Shown here: positions 12,850-25,063 of the stretch, piece after piece
How the letters are laid out: each line of letters begins with the position of its first letter
Numbering within the stretch: position 1 is the stretch's first letter
DNA from: Octopus vulgaris
Taxonomy: Eukaryota
Direction: 5' to 3'
Assembly (NCBI GenBank): GCA_951406725.2
Contig: OX597833.1
Coordinates: 14,384,001-14,448,000 of the forward strand
Length of the DNA: 64,000 nucleotides
Made by a program: the position numbers and the translations under genes
Notes under the pieces: generated by a model
The model's input: the letters and a program-made list of their open reading frames with translations, nothing else
Database searches by the model: none
What the model was told of the DNA's origin: nothing

Positions 12850-13900
12850 TAAGTTTTTGAAAACTTTATCCAGCAAGCGAACATTGAGATTAGGATGGAA
12901 AGAAAAATGCAAAGAGGACTTATTTATTGAAATTATTTCTTCCCTACGATTATTTGCATTAGAAATAAACGTAGACTTATCCAACAATGCATTATTGTAA
13001 GAAGAACTGCGTATCTTCCAATAACAGAACGTATCTTGGAAAGGAGTAGAATATAATACAACTCTGGATATCGAAAATATCATGAGAAACGTAAGTCTAT
13101 ACCAAGTGCGATATAAGATGCCTGGTACTTGAAAACATATCACAAAATGTAATTTTACCGAACGCTTAACGGATAGAGATATTTATATTGAGCTCGAAGA
13201 ATTTTCAAACTTGTAAAGGAATATTTGTTCTTACACAAGGCTGATCAATGTACGTAGGTTGTTTAAAACAATGCTAGGAAATTGATATTGGGAAATGGTG
13301 CTTGTAACTTGGTTATTCTCTAGAGAAATAAGTAGCTTATGCCATGGTTGTTTACTACTATTTTCTTAAAATTCCAATAAGTCTCTATTGGAGAAACTAA
13401 ACAGATTCCATTATAAGCAATCGCCAAAAATATTTTGCACCAGTCTTAAATAAACAAACAACATCGATTGTATTTCAGTCAATAAGGGATAATTAAGGAA
13501 AATCATTTAACAAAAGCGAGTTTTCATTGACATAGCTTCCAGTAAAAATTTTATCAGGAAGACTAAAAGACAAGATTTTGTTATCGAAATCTCCAGTGTA
13601 AAATTTTGTTAGCAAAGAAAAAAAAAACGAAAAAAAAAATCAAGTGAGCAGAAGAAATTTATTTCTACAGAAAACAAAATCAATTTTGGAAATTTAGGTG
13701 CGTTACTAAAATTCTGATCGCACGACGATCCTATATTGTAGAAGAGTATTCTTTAAAAAAATGCTATTTTCTCCGCCTTTTGTACAGAATTAAGGAATTC
13801 AGGTTCTCTTCGTTAGAAAATTTAATCTAGTATTTTATGTGCTGAGTTTAATCTTCATGTTTGATGTTACTGGAGATCAAGCTGAAGGCGAGCAAATAGC
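12850..13900 (-). pseudogene. Heavily decayed Penelope-like reverse transcriptase
   Basis: Motif remnants in correct order across shifted frames: KAEK (KADK-like), CFSFSN, TYIDQ (YxDD-like), ITFCD (FLD-like), TWYR (TxxYRK-like), HFSFHPNL. Many stops. Confidence 0.5.
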
Positions 13901-13987
13901 AGAAGAGATTGCTACGTTGATATTAGTTTTAAAAACAAACCAAATTTTATAAAAGTGCTTTGTTTTCTAATAAAAATTAAAGAGATA

Positions 13988-14391
13988 GGCACAGGAGTGG
14001 CTGTGTGGTAAGTAGCTTGTTTACCAACCACATGGTTCCGGGTTCAGTCCCACTGCGTGTCACCTTGGGCAAGTGTCTTCTACTATAGCCTCGGGCCGAC
14101 CAAAGCCTTGTGAGTGGATTTGGTAGACAGAAACTGAAAAGAAGCCCGTCATATGTATGTATATATATATATATATGCGTGTGTGTGTTTGTTTGTCTGT
14201 GTTTGCCCCCCTAGCATTGCTTGACAACCGATGCTGGTGTGTTTACGTCCCCGTTACTCTTAGCGGTTCGGCAAAAGAGACCGATAGAATAAGTACTGGG
14301 CTTACAAAGAATAAGTCCCGGGGTCGATTTGCTCGAGTAAAGGCGGTGCTCCAGCATGGCCGCAGTCAAATGACTGAAACAAGTAAAAGAG
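13988..14391 (+). mobile_element. SINE family B
   Basis: Full-length consensus match to 3830-4275. Confidence 0.88.
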
Positions 14392-14469
14392 TTGATGTTG
14401 AAAATAAGGTCCAAGTAATTTTGGAACTAGTTATATATATAAAAGTGGTGCAGAAATGGTTGGCTGTAA

Positions 14470-14886
14470 GGCGGCGAGCTGGCAGAAACGTTAGCACGCT
14501 GGGTGAGATGCTTAGCGGTATTTCGTCTGCCGTTACGTTCTGAGTTCAAATTCCGCCGAGGTCGACTTTGCCTTTCATCCTTTCGGGGTCGATTAAATAA
14601 GTACCAGTTACGCACTGGGGTCGATGTAATCGACTTAATACCTACGTTTATGTCCTTGTTTGTCCTCTCTGTGTTTAGCCCCTTGTGGGTAGTAAAGAAA
14701 TAGGTGTTTCGTCTGTCGCTATGTTCTGAGTTCAAATTCCGCCGAGGTCGACTTTGCCTTTCATCCTTTCGGGGTCGATTAAATAAGTACCAGTTTCGCA
14801 CTGGGGTCGATGTAATCGACTTAATACCTATGCCTGTCCTTGTTTGTCCCCTCTGTTTGTAGCTGCTTGTGGGCAGTAAAGGAATA
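14470..14886 (+). mobile_element. SINE family A, two internal units
   Basis: Same consensus; TSD agaaatggttggc. Confidence 0.88.
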
Positions 14887-15169
14887 AGAAATGGTTGGCA
14901 GTGATTGTGCTGTTCAACAGAGGATTATACGAAAACTACTGAAATATGGAATTTGTGTAGCTAACATTGATATTTGATGGGGACTTTCTACATTGCAATT
15001 CGTTCTTTTGTCATTGTTTCTTTGCCAAACTCACTGTTTCTAAACACGGAGAGGCACTGTAGGAATAATTGTCAAGATCTGGAGCTGAAAATCGATAGTA
15101 TTCTTCTATAACAGAGACTGAGGACAGTTTATGAATACGTTAATATTTAAGTGAAACTTTTAGGAAACA

Positions 15170-15810
15170 AGTCAGGTGCTGGATCAAATTTTGCCGTTTA
15201 ATTTCTTGTATTGGCCAGGATTTAGAATTAAGATTTATTTCAAATCTCTGTTTCAAAAACATATCCATGATCATACCGTGCATTTTTATGATGCTACCTT
15301 TGATTTAAAGGCCCTCCAAGGTCCTTTGAAACAGTCATAAGTCATTAAGCAACAAATCATTAAACAAGCTTGGATGAGAGTATGTGATGGATTGGATGTT
15401 AAGATAAAAAGAGCCCTTAAAATAAGCAACAAATGCTGATGGAAAACAAGGACAAAAATGTCGGGTTGAAAATGAAACTAGAAATGATGAGAATAATAAA
15501 ACATTCTATCTATTATCTCAATTATGAAATGAATGGCGGATTCCTTCATCGTTATGAATTGTATTAAAAACTGGGATTAATTTTAGATGCCAGATGATCA
15601 ATATTTTACGCGAATTAAAATCACTACATTCATAATGTAAATGTCTTCAATGAACTTTGTCTCAAATTGGATAAATTTATAGGAAGGATTGGATTTGCGT
15701 TTTGTAAAGCCATCCTGGATTGCAAGATGCAACTAGAATTTCTAAAAATTTGTAAAGCGTCGAAATTAGCTGTAGCCATTGCTGTGGAGAATATGAATAT
15801 TACGGCTACT
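15170..15810 (-). pseudogene. Possible decayed PLE thumb/endonuclease remnant
   Basis: LHSNGYS (LxxNGYP-like) and SII..H/DHGY remnants in shifted frames; weak. Confidence 0.25.
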
Positions 15811-15918
15811 ATATCAAGTTACTAGTACTATACCGAGTAACAATCTCCTAATATAATAATGAGCATAGTGTTTATACATACATACATACATACATACATA
15901 CATACATACATACATACA

Positions 15919-15953
<35 letters not shown>

Positions 15954-15963
15954 GTATATACAC

Positions 15964-16250
15964 TTTACTCTTTACTCTTTTACTCTTTTACTTGTTTCAG
16001 TCATTTGACTGTGGCCATGCTGGAGCACCGCCTTTAGTCGAGCAAATCGACCCCAGGACTTATTCTTTGTAAGCCCAGTACTTATTCTATCGGTCTCTTT
16101 TGCCGAACCGCTAAGTGACGGGGACGTAAACACACCAGCATCGGTTGTCAAGCAATGCTAGGGGGACAAACACAGACACACAAACATACACACACACACT
16201 TATATATATATACATATATACGACGGGCTTCTTTCAGTTTCCATCTACCA
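15964..16250 (-). mobile_element. SINE family B, head missing
   Basis: 3' two-thirds of the consensus. Confidence 0.85.
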
Positions 16251-16289
<39 letters not shown>

Positions 16290-16351
16290 CACATACATAT
16301 GGAAAAAAATGTCAAGATAGAAAATGCTAAAATAATTTTATAAAGAACATT

Positions 16352-16390
16352 CCAGTACCGGTTTCAGTCATTTGAGACTTCTTCAACTGT
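16352..16390 (-). ncRNA. Compact hammerhead motif with C3U core change
   Basis: CAG-UUGAAGA-AGUC-ucaaau-GACU-GAAAC-CG-GUA-CUG. Confidence 0.65.
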
Positions 16391-16894
16391 AACAATTATA
16401 CAATTAAATTTCGAAAAATTAAAAGAAAAGTTTTTTAAAAGAACATTTGCCACAGCTTAACTGCTACAACCCCAACCACCACCAAGGTTGCCAAAATTAC
16501 GACCAACAGTAACTGCTGCTAGGACAGCCACAGGTTGTTACTACTACTACGACCAACAATCACTACTGTTGCTACCATTGGAACACAAGGTAACAAAAAA
16601 GCGGTTACTTTTGATACCAGCAAAAAACAATAATGGACTTCTTCACTACTCTCAACAGTAATATAGCGATTATACCAACTACCGACAAAACACCACCACA
16701 TGGTTTCTATTGAGAACAGTTAGAAACGATTATGAACTTCTCCATTACACTTTTTATAATATTTTTGATAAGGTTCGTTTTTTCAAGAACCGAAACATGT
16801 AAAATTCATAAGAAAATTAAAATTTATCTAATATAGTGGCGTTTTCAAACTTCTTTTTTACAAATATATACCCACTCGTATACGATCTACTCTT

Positions 16895-16975
<81 letters not shown>

Positions 16976-17004
16976 TTATTATATATATATATATATTTAT
17001 ATAT

Positions 17005-17140
17005 GTTCAGAACCACGCCGAACGCGGAGGAGAGAAATTAGTGAAGGAGAAGTAGTGAGAGTAATAACCCTGACTGAGAGAGAGTGAAAGAGAGTAATAG
17101 CAATGAGAGAAAAGAAGGGCTGATAGATTAATAAGGTAGG
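17005..17140 (+). repeat. Dispersed ~135 bp repeat (second copy 22013-22150), each directly after a dinucleotide tract
   Basis: gttcagaaccacgccgaacgcg...ggctgatagattaataagg shared. Confidence 0.85.
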
Positions 17141-17924
17141 GGCGGAAAAATTCAGCGTTTCAACTCTGTGTGAGTATATGTGTGTATGTGAATGGTTATA
17201 TGTGTGATTATGATATACCTAATTTTCTACCTTATTTACATATAAAATAATACAAACGGGCATATTGTCAGCTAGTCGTAAATAAAATTGAATTTGTGTG
17301 GGTTATTTATTGATTTCATCTGGGTAAAAACATTCCTCGTTAAATCCTATTTGGGCGTCACAATACCTGGCAGAATCGATAGCACACGGGCAAAATGCTT
17401 AGCGGCATTTCGTCTGTCTTCACGTTCTGAGATCAAATTCCACCGAAATAAACTTTGCTTTTTGAAATCAATAAAGTAAGTACCAGTTAAACACTGGGTT
17501 CGATGTAATCGACTTATCTCATACCCCCAAAACCGCTGACATTGTGTCAAAAATTGAAACTAATATCTGATAATGTTCTTTCGCAACCATAGTTACTTGT
17601 TGAAGCCAGCATCGATTTTTGTCACGACGTTTCGTATACGAGATCACAGCTAGAAAAATGTAACGTTCGAGGATAATTAAATAATTGAATGGGTTTTGAT
17701 GAAGGAGCAAAACCCCTGAAATAAGGTATATACAGCCATTAACCTTTTCTCATCTTCGATCTCATTGTTTGTTTACCTCTGACGTCTCGAATACGAAACG
17801 TTGTAGCGAGAATCTGTGCTGGATATAATTTCTGTAGAAAATCTCTAGAGATAACCTTAACACGTGCAAACACAATAGAACGCGATTTTGACGTATAAAA
17901 ACGTTTAATATACTTTATAGTATA

Positions 17925-18587
17925 CTTGCAGTATCGCCCAGCGTTGCTCGGGTTTGTAAGGGCAATAACTATACAAGCATTTTTAGAGAGTTACTTCCCT
18001 TATAAATAGCAAAAAAATGCATTAAAAATGGAAAAAAATTATGGTAATTTTTTTTTTAAACCGTAGACTCATCGTAGACATTTTTAGAAAGTTACTTCCC
18101 TTATATAATAGCAAAACAAATGCATTAAAAATGGGAAAAAATGATGGTAATATTTTTTTAAATCGTAGACTCATCGTAGACGCGCGCTAATACTCAGACA
18201 GGCTCGATATGAATCACGACTATAAGATACCCGGTTTTGGTTAAACTGCACCGCAAAATGTGGGAGTAGTTAGGAATCTAAATCGTAGGAGACAGACACC
18301 ACACAACCTCACTTTTATATATAAAGATTTGTGCAACAACTAAAACATTCGGTTGTGCAAATTGTTTGCACAGGAAACCTGCCCTGTGTAGTGGTTTTTG
18401 CCGTTTTTGTGGATCTGTTTCAGCTTTTTTAGCGATTTCTGTTTTGGCGACTTCAAGCCATGAAGTCGTTGTTCTAAAAGAACGCTGGTCTCCTTGACAA
18501 CGCTTTACGACGTTGATTTCCCTACCCTGCCTTCCCTACCCTTCGTAGGAGACAGACACCACACAACTTCAGCTTTATATATATAGA
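17925..18587 (-). mobile_element. Composite non-autonomous Helitron with two 5' ends
   Basis: Same 3' hairpin (CTAG mutated). The 5' terminus cgtaggagacagacaccacacaac...tttatatata(a/t)aga occurs twice, ending at ~18327 and ~18587. Confidence 0.75.
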
Positions 18588-18794
18588 TTATGATTGCATA
18601 ACGAAATACCCCGTACCTAGATACTTTAGTTAGAAACGGGTAGAGAAGAAAACAGTTTGATGTCTCGTTTGTTTGCAATTTCTACAAAATACAAAAGAAA
18701 AAGAACAACAAAGTAAATTCGTCCACCATAAATCACTAAAGTTACGCAGCATCATTTTAAAGTGATGCAGAAACATCAATAAACAGAGACATGG

Positions 18795-19145
18795 TTACTC
18801 TTTTACTCTTTACTCTTTTACTTGTTTCAGTCGAGCAAATCGACCCCGGGACTTATTCTTTGTAAGCCCAGTACTTATTCTATCGGTCTCTTTTTTTGCC
18901 GAACCGCTAAGTGACAGGGACGTAAACACACCAGCATCGGTTGTCAAGCAATGCTAGGGGGACAAACACAGACACACAAACACACACACACATACATATA
19001 TATATACATATATACGACAGGCTTCTTTCAGTTTCCGTCTACCAAATCCACTCACAAGGATTTGGTTGGCCCGAGGCTATAGTAGAAGACACTTGCCCAA
19101 GGTGCCATGCAGTGGGACTGAACCCGGAACTATGTGGTTCGTAAG
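18795..19145 (-). mobile_element. SINE family B with internal deletion
   Basis: Consensus match. Confidence 0.85.
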
Positions 19146-19314
19146 CGGAAAAATGTCTATTATATCGAAATTTATAAATCTACAGTTTTTCTTCTCATTT
19201 ATCTTATGAAACCATTCTAGTACTTCTAAAATGCTTCATCATCGTCAAAAATATGAAACTTCTTGACTTTGAAAATGAATTTAAAAAAATATTTTTTTGC
19301 TAACTATAATTGGT

Positions 19315-19697
19315 TGGAAGCACTCCGTCGGTTACGATGACGAGGGTTCTGGTTGATCCGAATCAACGGAACAGCCTGCTCGTGAAATTAACGTGTAAGT
19401 GGCTGAGCACTCCACAGACACGTGTACCTTTAACGTAGTTCTCGGGGATATTCAGCGTGATACAGAGAGTGACAAGGCCGGCCCTTTGAAATACAGGTAC
19501 AACAGAAACAGGAAGTAAGAGTGAGAGAAAGTTGTGGTGAAAGAGTACAGCAGGGATCACCACCATCCCCTGCCGGAGCCTCGTGGAGCTTTAGGTGTTT
19601 TCGCTCAATAAACACTCACAACGCCGGTCTGGGAATCGAAACCGCGATCCTATGACCGCGAGTCCGCTGCCCTAACCACTGGGCCATTGCGCCTCCA
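19315..19697 (-). mobile_element. tRNA(Arg)-like SINE family C
   Basis: Head ggaggcgcaatggcccagtggttagggcagcggactcgcgg...ggtttcgattccc; TSD tgctaactataatt. Confidence 0.9.
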
Positions 19698-20154
19698 CTG
19701 CTAACTATAATTACCTCTAGCTTAAATGGGTTAATTTAACTAAATTTAGATTCAATACGTACATTTATTTTATGGTCGTTAAGTGTTGCATATGTCTGCT
19801 TGGAAGCCGGTTCTTCTTCCCGATAATCGGTCGTCTCTTTGAGTGCTTCTTTTACTTTGAAATTTATAAACTTATAATCTTCTTTGCAAAACTTCTTATA
19901 AATATACGGAATACGGTCTAACACGTATGCTAAACAAATTCTCTTTATCAGCGAATACATGCCGCTTATCTGATTACCATTCCGACATGTAATGGCCAGT
20001 AATCACATTATCAAAACTGTCGTGCACTTTAAGATTGGATCTGCCACAAAAAAAAAAACGTTTTAGAAATCTTTTACGATATTTTACAAGATACGTTTCG
20101 ATTTCACGTATCTAAGGTATTAATCTTTTTTTATGTAATCACACGTATCTAGAG

Positions 20155-21406
20155 TATATGTATGTAAGCATGTATGTATGTATGTATGTATGTATGTATG
20201 TATGTATGTATGTATGTATGTATACGTATGTATGTACGTGTGTGTGTACGTATGTATGTATGTATGTATGTATGTGTGTATGTGTGTATGTATGTATGTG
20301 TGTATGTATGTATGCATGTATTTATGTATGTATGTATGTATGTATGTGTGTATGTATGTATATATGTATGTATGTATATATGTATGCATGTATGTATGTA
20401 TATATGTATGTATGTATGTATGTATGCATGTATGTACGTACGTATGTATGTATGTATGCATGTATGTATGTATGTATATATGTATGTATGTCTCTAAGTA
20501 TGTATGTATGTATGTATGTATGTATGTACGTATGTATGTATGTATGTATGTACGTACGTATGTATGTATGTATGTATGTCTGTAAGTATGTATGTATGCA
20601 TGTATGTATGCATGTGTGTATTTATGTATGTATGTACGTATGTATGTACGTATGTATGTATGTATGTATGTATGTATGTATGTATGTATGTACGTATGTA
20701 TGTACGTATGTATGTATGTATGTATGTATGTGTGTGTATATGTATGTATGTATGTATGTACGTATGTATGTACGTATGTATGTATGTATGTATGTATGTA
20801 TGTATGTACGTATGTATGTACGTATGTATGTATGTACGTATGTATGTACGTATATATGTATGTATGTATGTATGTATGTACGTACGTATATATGTATGAA
20901 TGTATGAATGTATGTATGTATGTATTTATGTATGTATGTATATATGTACGTACGTATGTATGTATGTATGTATGTATGTATGTATGTATGTATGTGTGTG
21001 TATGTATGTATGTATGTGTATGTATGTATGTATGTATGTATGTATGTATGTATGTATGTATGTATGTATGTATGTATGTATGTATGTGTGTGTGTATGTA
21101 TGTATGTACGTACGTACGTATGTATGTATGTATGTATGTATGTACGTATGTATGTATGTACGTATATATGTATGTACGTATGTATGTACGTATGTATGTA
21201 CGTATGTATGTATGTATGTATGTATGTATGTATCTACGTACGTATGTATGTATGTACGTATGTATGTATGTATGTATGTATGTATGTATGTATGTATGTA
21301 TGTATGTGTGTGTGTATGTATGTATGTATTCGTGTATGTGTGTACTTGTATCTTTATATGTATTATGTATATGTGTGTGTGCATCGGTGTATAACAGTAT
21401 GTGTGC

Positions 21407-21440
<34 letters not shown>
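20155..21440. repeat. Long (TATG)n / (TG)n compound microsatellite
   Basis: Direct inspection. Confidence 0.98.
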
Positions 21441-21443
<3 letters not shown>

Positions 21444-21914
21444 AGTGAGTGTCTGTATGCATGTGTGTGCGTTCACGTGCACGAATATACGTGAATGTCT
21501 ACTGTTCTCACATCGCGTTCGGCCAACGGTGTCAACCTGGCTGCGGTCGCCACTCGCACTTCGATCAGACACGGGCCGAAGCGTGGAAAACGGGTCAGCT
21601 ACGGGTGGACTGGTACGCTGATACGCTCGTGAAGTCCACAACTGCTCTGGATGAATGATAAGGAAGCAGTGAACGAAGTTGCCAGCAACCAGACCAGGGT
21701 TTCGCGTTCATCTCTGCCTGATTTTGTAACAGGTTTACAAATTTTTTTTTTTTTTTGGGGGGGGGAATCTTGATTTATCTTTCTGTTCGCCGGAGTCTTT
21801 TGAGTTTGGAAATAAAACTGAGTCTTCCTTGTAACGTCTACCTCACCTTTTACAAATAAATGGATATTCCACACCAGTTTTCTCATATCCTCTGTTCTCT
21901 TTAACATATATTTC

Positions 21915-22015
<101 letters not shown>

Positions 22016-22375
22016 CAGAACCACGCCGAACGCGTTGGAGAGAAATTAGTGAAGGAGAGGTAGTGAGAGTAATAACCCTGACTGAGAGAGAGTGAAAGAA
22101 AGTAATAGCAATGAGAGAAAAGAATGGCTGATAGATTAATAAGGAAGGGGTGAACCTCGACGAAGTTAAGTTTTAGCCCCCAAAACATAAAAACAAACAT
22201 ATAAGGTCTCTGGTTTCGAGAAGCCTTATTTCTCAAGATTGGTATTTGTACATCCCAATGCTCCGTTCCGTTATACATATATACATACACAAACGCATGC
22301 ATAAATACATATACACACATACACAAATACATACATACATATATACATACATACATACATACACACATACATACA

Positions 22376-22427
<52 letters not shown>

Positions 22428-22913
22428 ATATATATATATACATATATAAAATATACATTAGAGATGAAGCCATTATTATGCAACTCAAACAGTGATAGAA
22501 ATAAACCAAAACATAAATAACAAATAATATATATTCTTATAAAACATATAAGTAGATCTCAAAGAGTATAAAAATGAATGGTCAATACTATAATAAGATT
22601 GGTATTCACACATCCCACTGCCCCGTTATACATATATACATACACAGACACATGCATAAATACATACACACACATGCACAAATACATATGTATTAATTTA
22701 TGTGTGTGTGTATGTATATATGTGCGTGTGTGTGTGTGTGTGTGTTTGTGTGTGTGCGTGTGTATGTTTCTTGTGACTGTTAATGTATAGTTTTATTGCT
22801 GACCTGTCATCTTCCCGGCGGCAAGGTTGTAGGCAGAAGAAAACCGATTCGTAAAAACTTTTTACATATTTTGAAGCCATCGGATAGCGAGGCCATATAT
22901 ATTAAATACCAAA

Positions 22914-22947
<34 letters not shown>

Positions 22948-23398
22948 ATATGTATATATGTGTGTGTGTATATGTATATATACATACATATATATATATA
23001 TATATATCGATAGATTGGTATACATATATATATATATGTATATATGTACATATATATATACATGTATGTATGTTTTGTACGCATCTATCTATCTATGAGC
23101 AGGAGGAGGAGAAGGAATAAGTAGTACTAATAGTAGTAGTAGTAGCAGCAGCAGCAGCACCAGTAGTAGTAGTAATAGTGTACACAAATGCACAAATACA
23201 TACATATGTACACATATATATATATATATATATATCTATATCTATATCTATCTATCTATCTATCTATGTATATATATATACACACATATATATATATATA
23301 TATATGACATATATATACATACATATATATAACATATATACATATATATGTATAGTAAGGTCGACTGCGGCTTTCATCCTTATGGAGTCGATAACATG

Positions 23399-23490
<92 letters not shown>

Positions 23491-24204
23491 AGTCTATCTA
23501 CGTTTGGTTATACTCACTCACGGCTTTGCACGTTTACATATACAGTTGGAAATCATATCCTTCACGCCGTGTTTATACAGTAGGCCGATATAAACAGGCG
23601 AATTGTACAAATACAGGCTTAAACGAAGGCAATAAGACATACATTTGAGTGACTGTGTATGTATACATTTTTTCATAGTGTAGAACAGAAATATCCTCGT
23701 CGTGGAGTAAATGTGGTGATCTAAGAACGATCTCCAGTGTCATTCCGATTAATACAAATATAAATACCCCAGCGAAACTGTGATTGATCTTGTCGTTAAA
23801 AAAACAAAACTAAAACAAACACAAGAAAACAAATAAATACACGAAAAGGACAGCAAAAAATCTAAAATATCACAGAAGCAGTGACTACAAAATGGCGGCT
23901 TGAATTAAATTATATAGTTTGTTGGATTTTCATGGCTATAAAAATAGTTGGCGGAAATGCACAGAGAATTGTATAATCTCTTTGTGCATCTGCTGCTACG
24001 AGTTTATTAATAGTTGAATTATTTCAATTTTATTTCTTTACCAATAAGCTTGAAAATAATAAATAAATAAATAAATAAATAAATGAATAAATAAATAAAT
24101 AAATAAAAGCGTAAAATTCGCATCTCCGTCACGATAAATTTACATGGAACTTGTACGCTGTTGAAGACGAAAGCAATATGAATATAGTGGTTTAATATAT
24201 TCGG

Positions 24205-24261
<57 letters not shown>

Positions 24262-24264
24262 AAA

Positions 24265-24360
<96 letters not shown>

Positions 24361-24573
24361 GAGTACTACTACTACCACCACCACCACCACCACCACCATC
24401 ACCACCACCATCACTATCACCACCACTAGTACTACAAACACTACTACCACCACCACCACCACCACCACCACCACTACTACTACTACCACCACCACCACCA
24501 CCACCAACACCACCACTAACAGCACCACCACCACCACCACTACTACTACTACTACCACCACCACCAATACAAG

Positions 24574-24643
<70 letters not shown>

Positions 24644-24890
24644 ACTACTATTACTACAACTACTACTTCTACTACTGCTGCTGCAACTACTACTACCACC
24701 ACTGCTGCTGCTGCTACTACCACTACTACTACTACTACTTACTCCTTCTCCACATAATATTTCCTCATCATCATGGTCATCATCGTTATCATCAACGTCG
24801 TTAACGTCATCATTATCCTCATCGTCATCAATGTCGTCATCATCATCATCAGCATCATCATCATCATCATTATCATCACCGTTATTATTA
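24205..24890. repeat. (TAC)n/(CAC)n/(CAT)n compound microsatellite
   Basis: Direct inspection. Confidence 0.97.
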
Positions 24891-25063
24891 AAGTGGCGAT
24901 TGGCAATAGCTTCGACATAATGCTTAGCGACGTTTTGAGTTCAAATTCTGCCGAGGTCGACTGCGGCCTTCATCCTCACGGAGTCGATAAAATAAATACC
25001 ATTTTAGAACAGAGATCGATGTAATCGACTGGGTACCTTCCTCAAAAATTAATATTATTATTA

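Noticed and set aside
19363-19615. Recurrent short ORF MVVIPAVLFHHNF... (also at 29135, 42504, 45685, 55000)
   Set aside because: Lies within SINE family C; recurrence reflects repeat copy number, not a gene family.
19736-20050. ORF MYSLIKRICL... as a PLE thumb remnant or exon
   Set aside because: Similarity too weak to support by eye; would need BLASTx.
20120-21462. Long overlapping ORFs (MYVC/HTYI repeats), and similar YI-repeat ORFs throughout the window
   Set aside because: Translations of stop-free microsatellites; no coding complexity.
24019-24723. 234 aa poly-Val ORF
   Set aside because: (TAC/CAC)n microsatellite.
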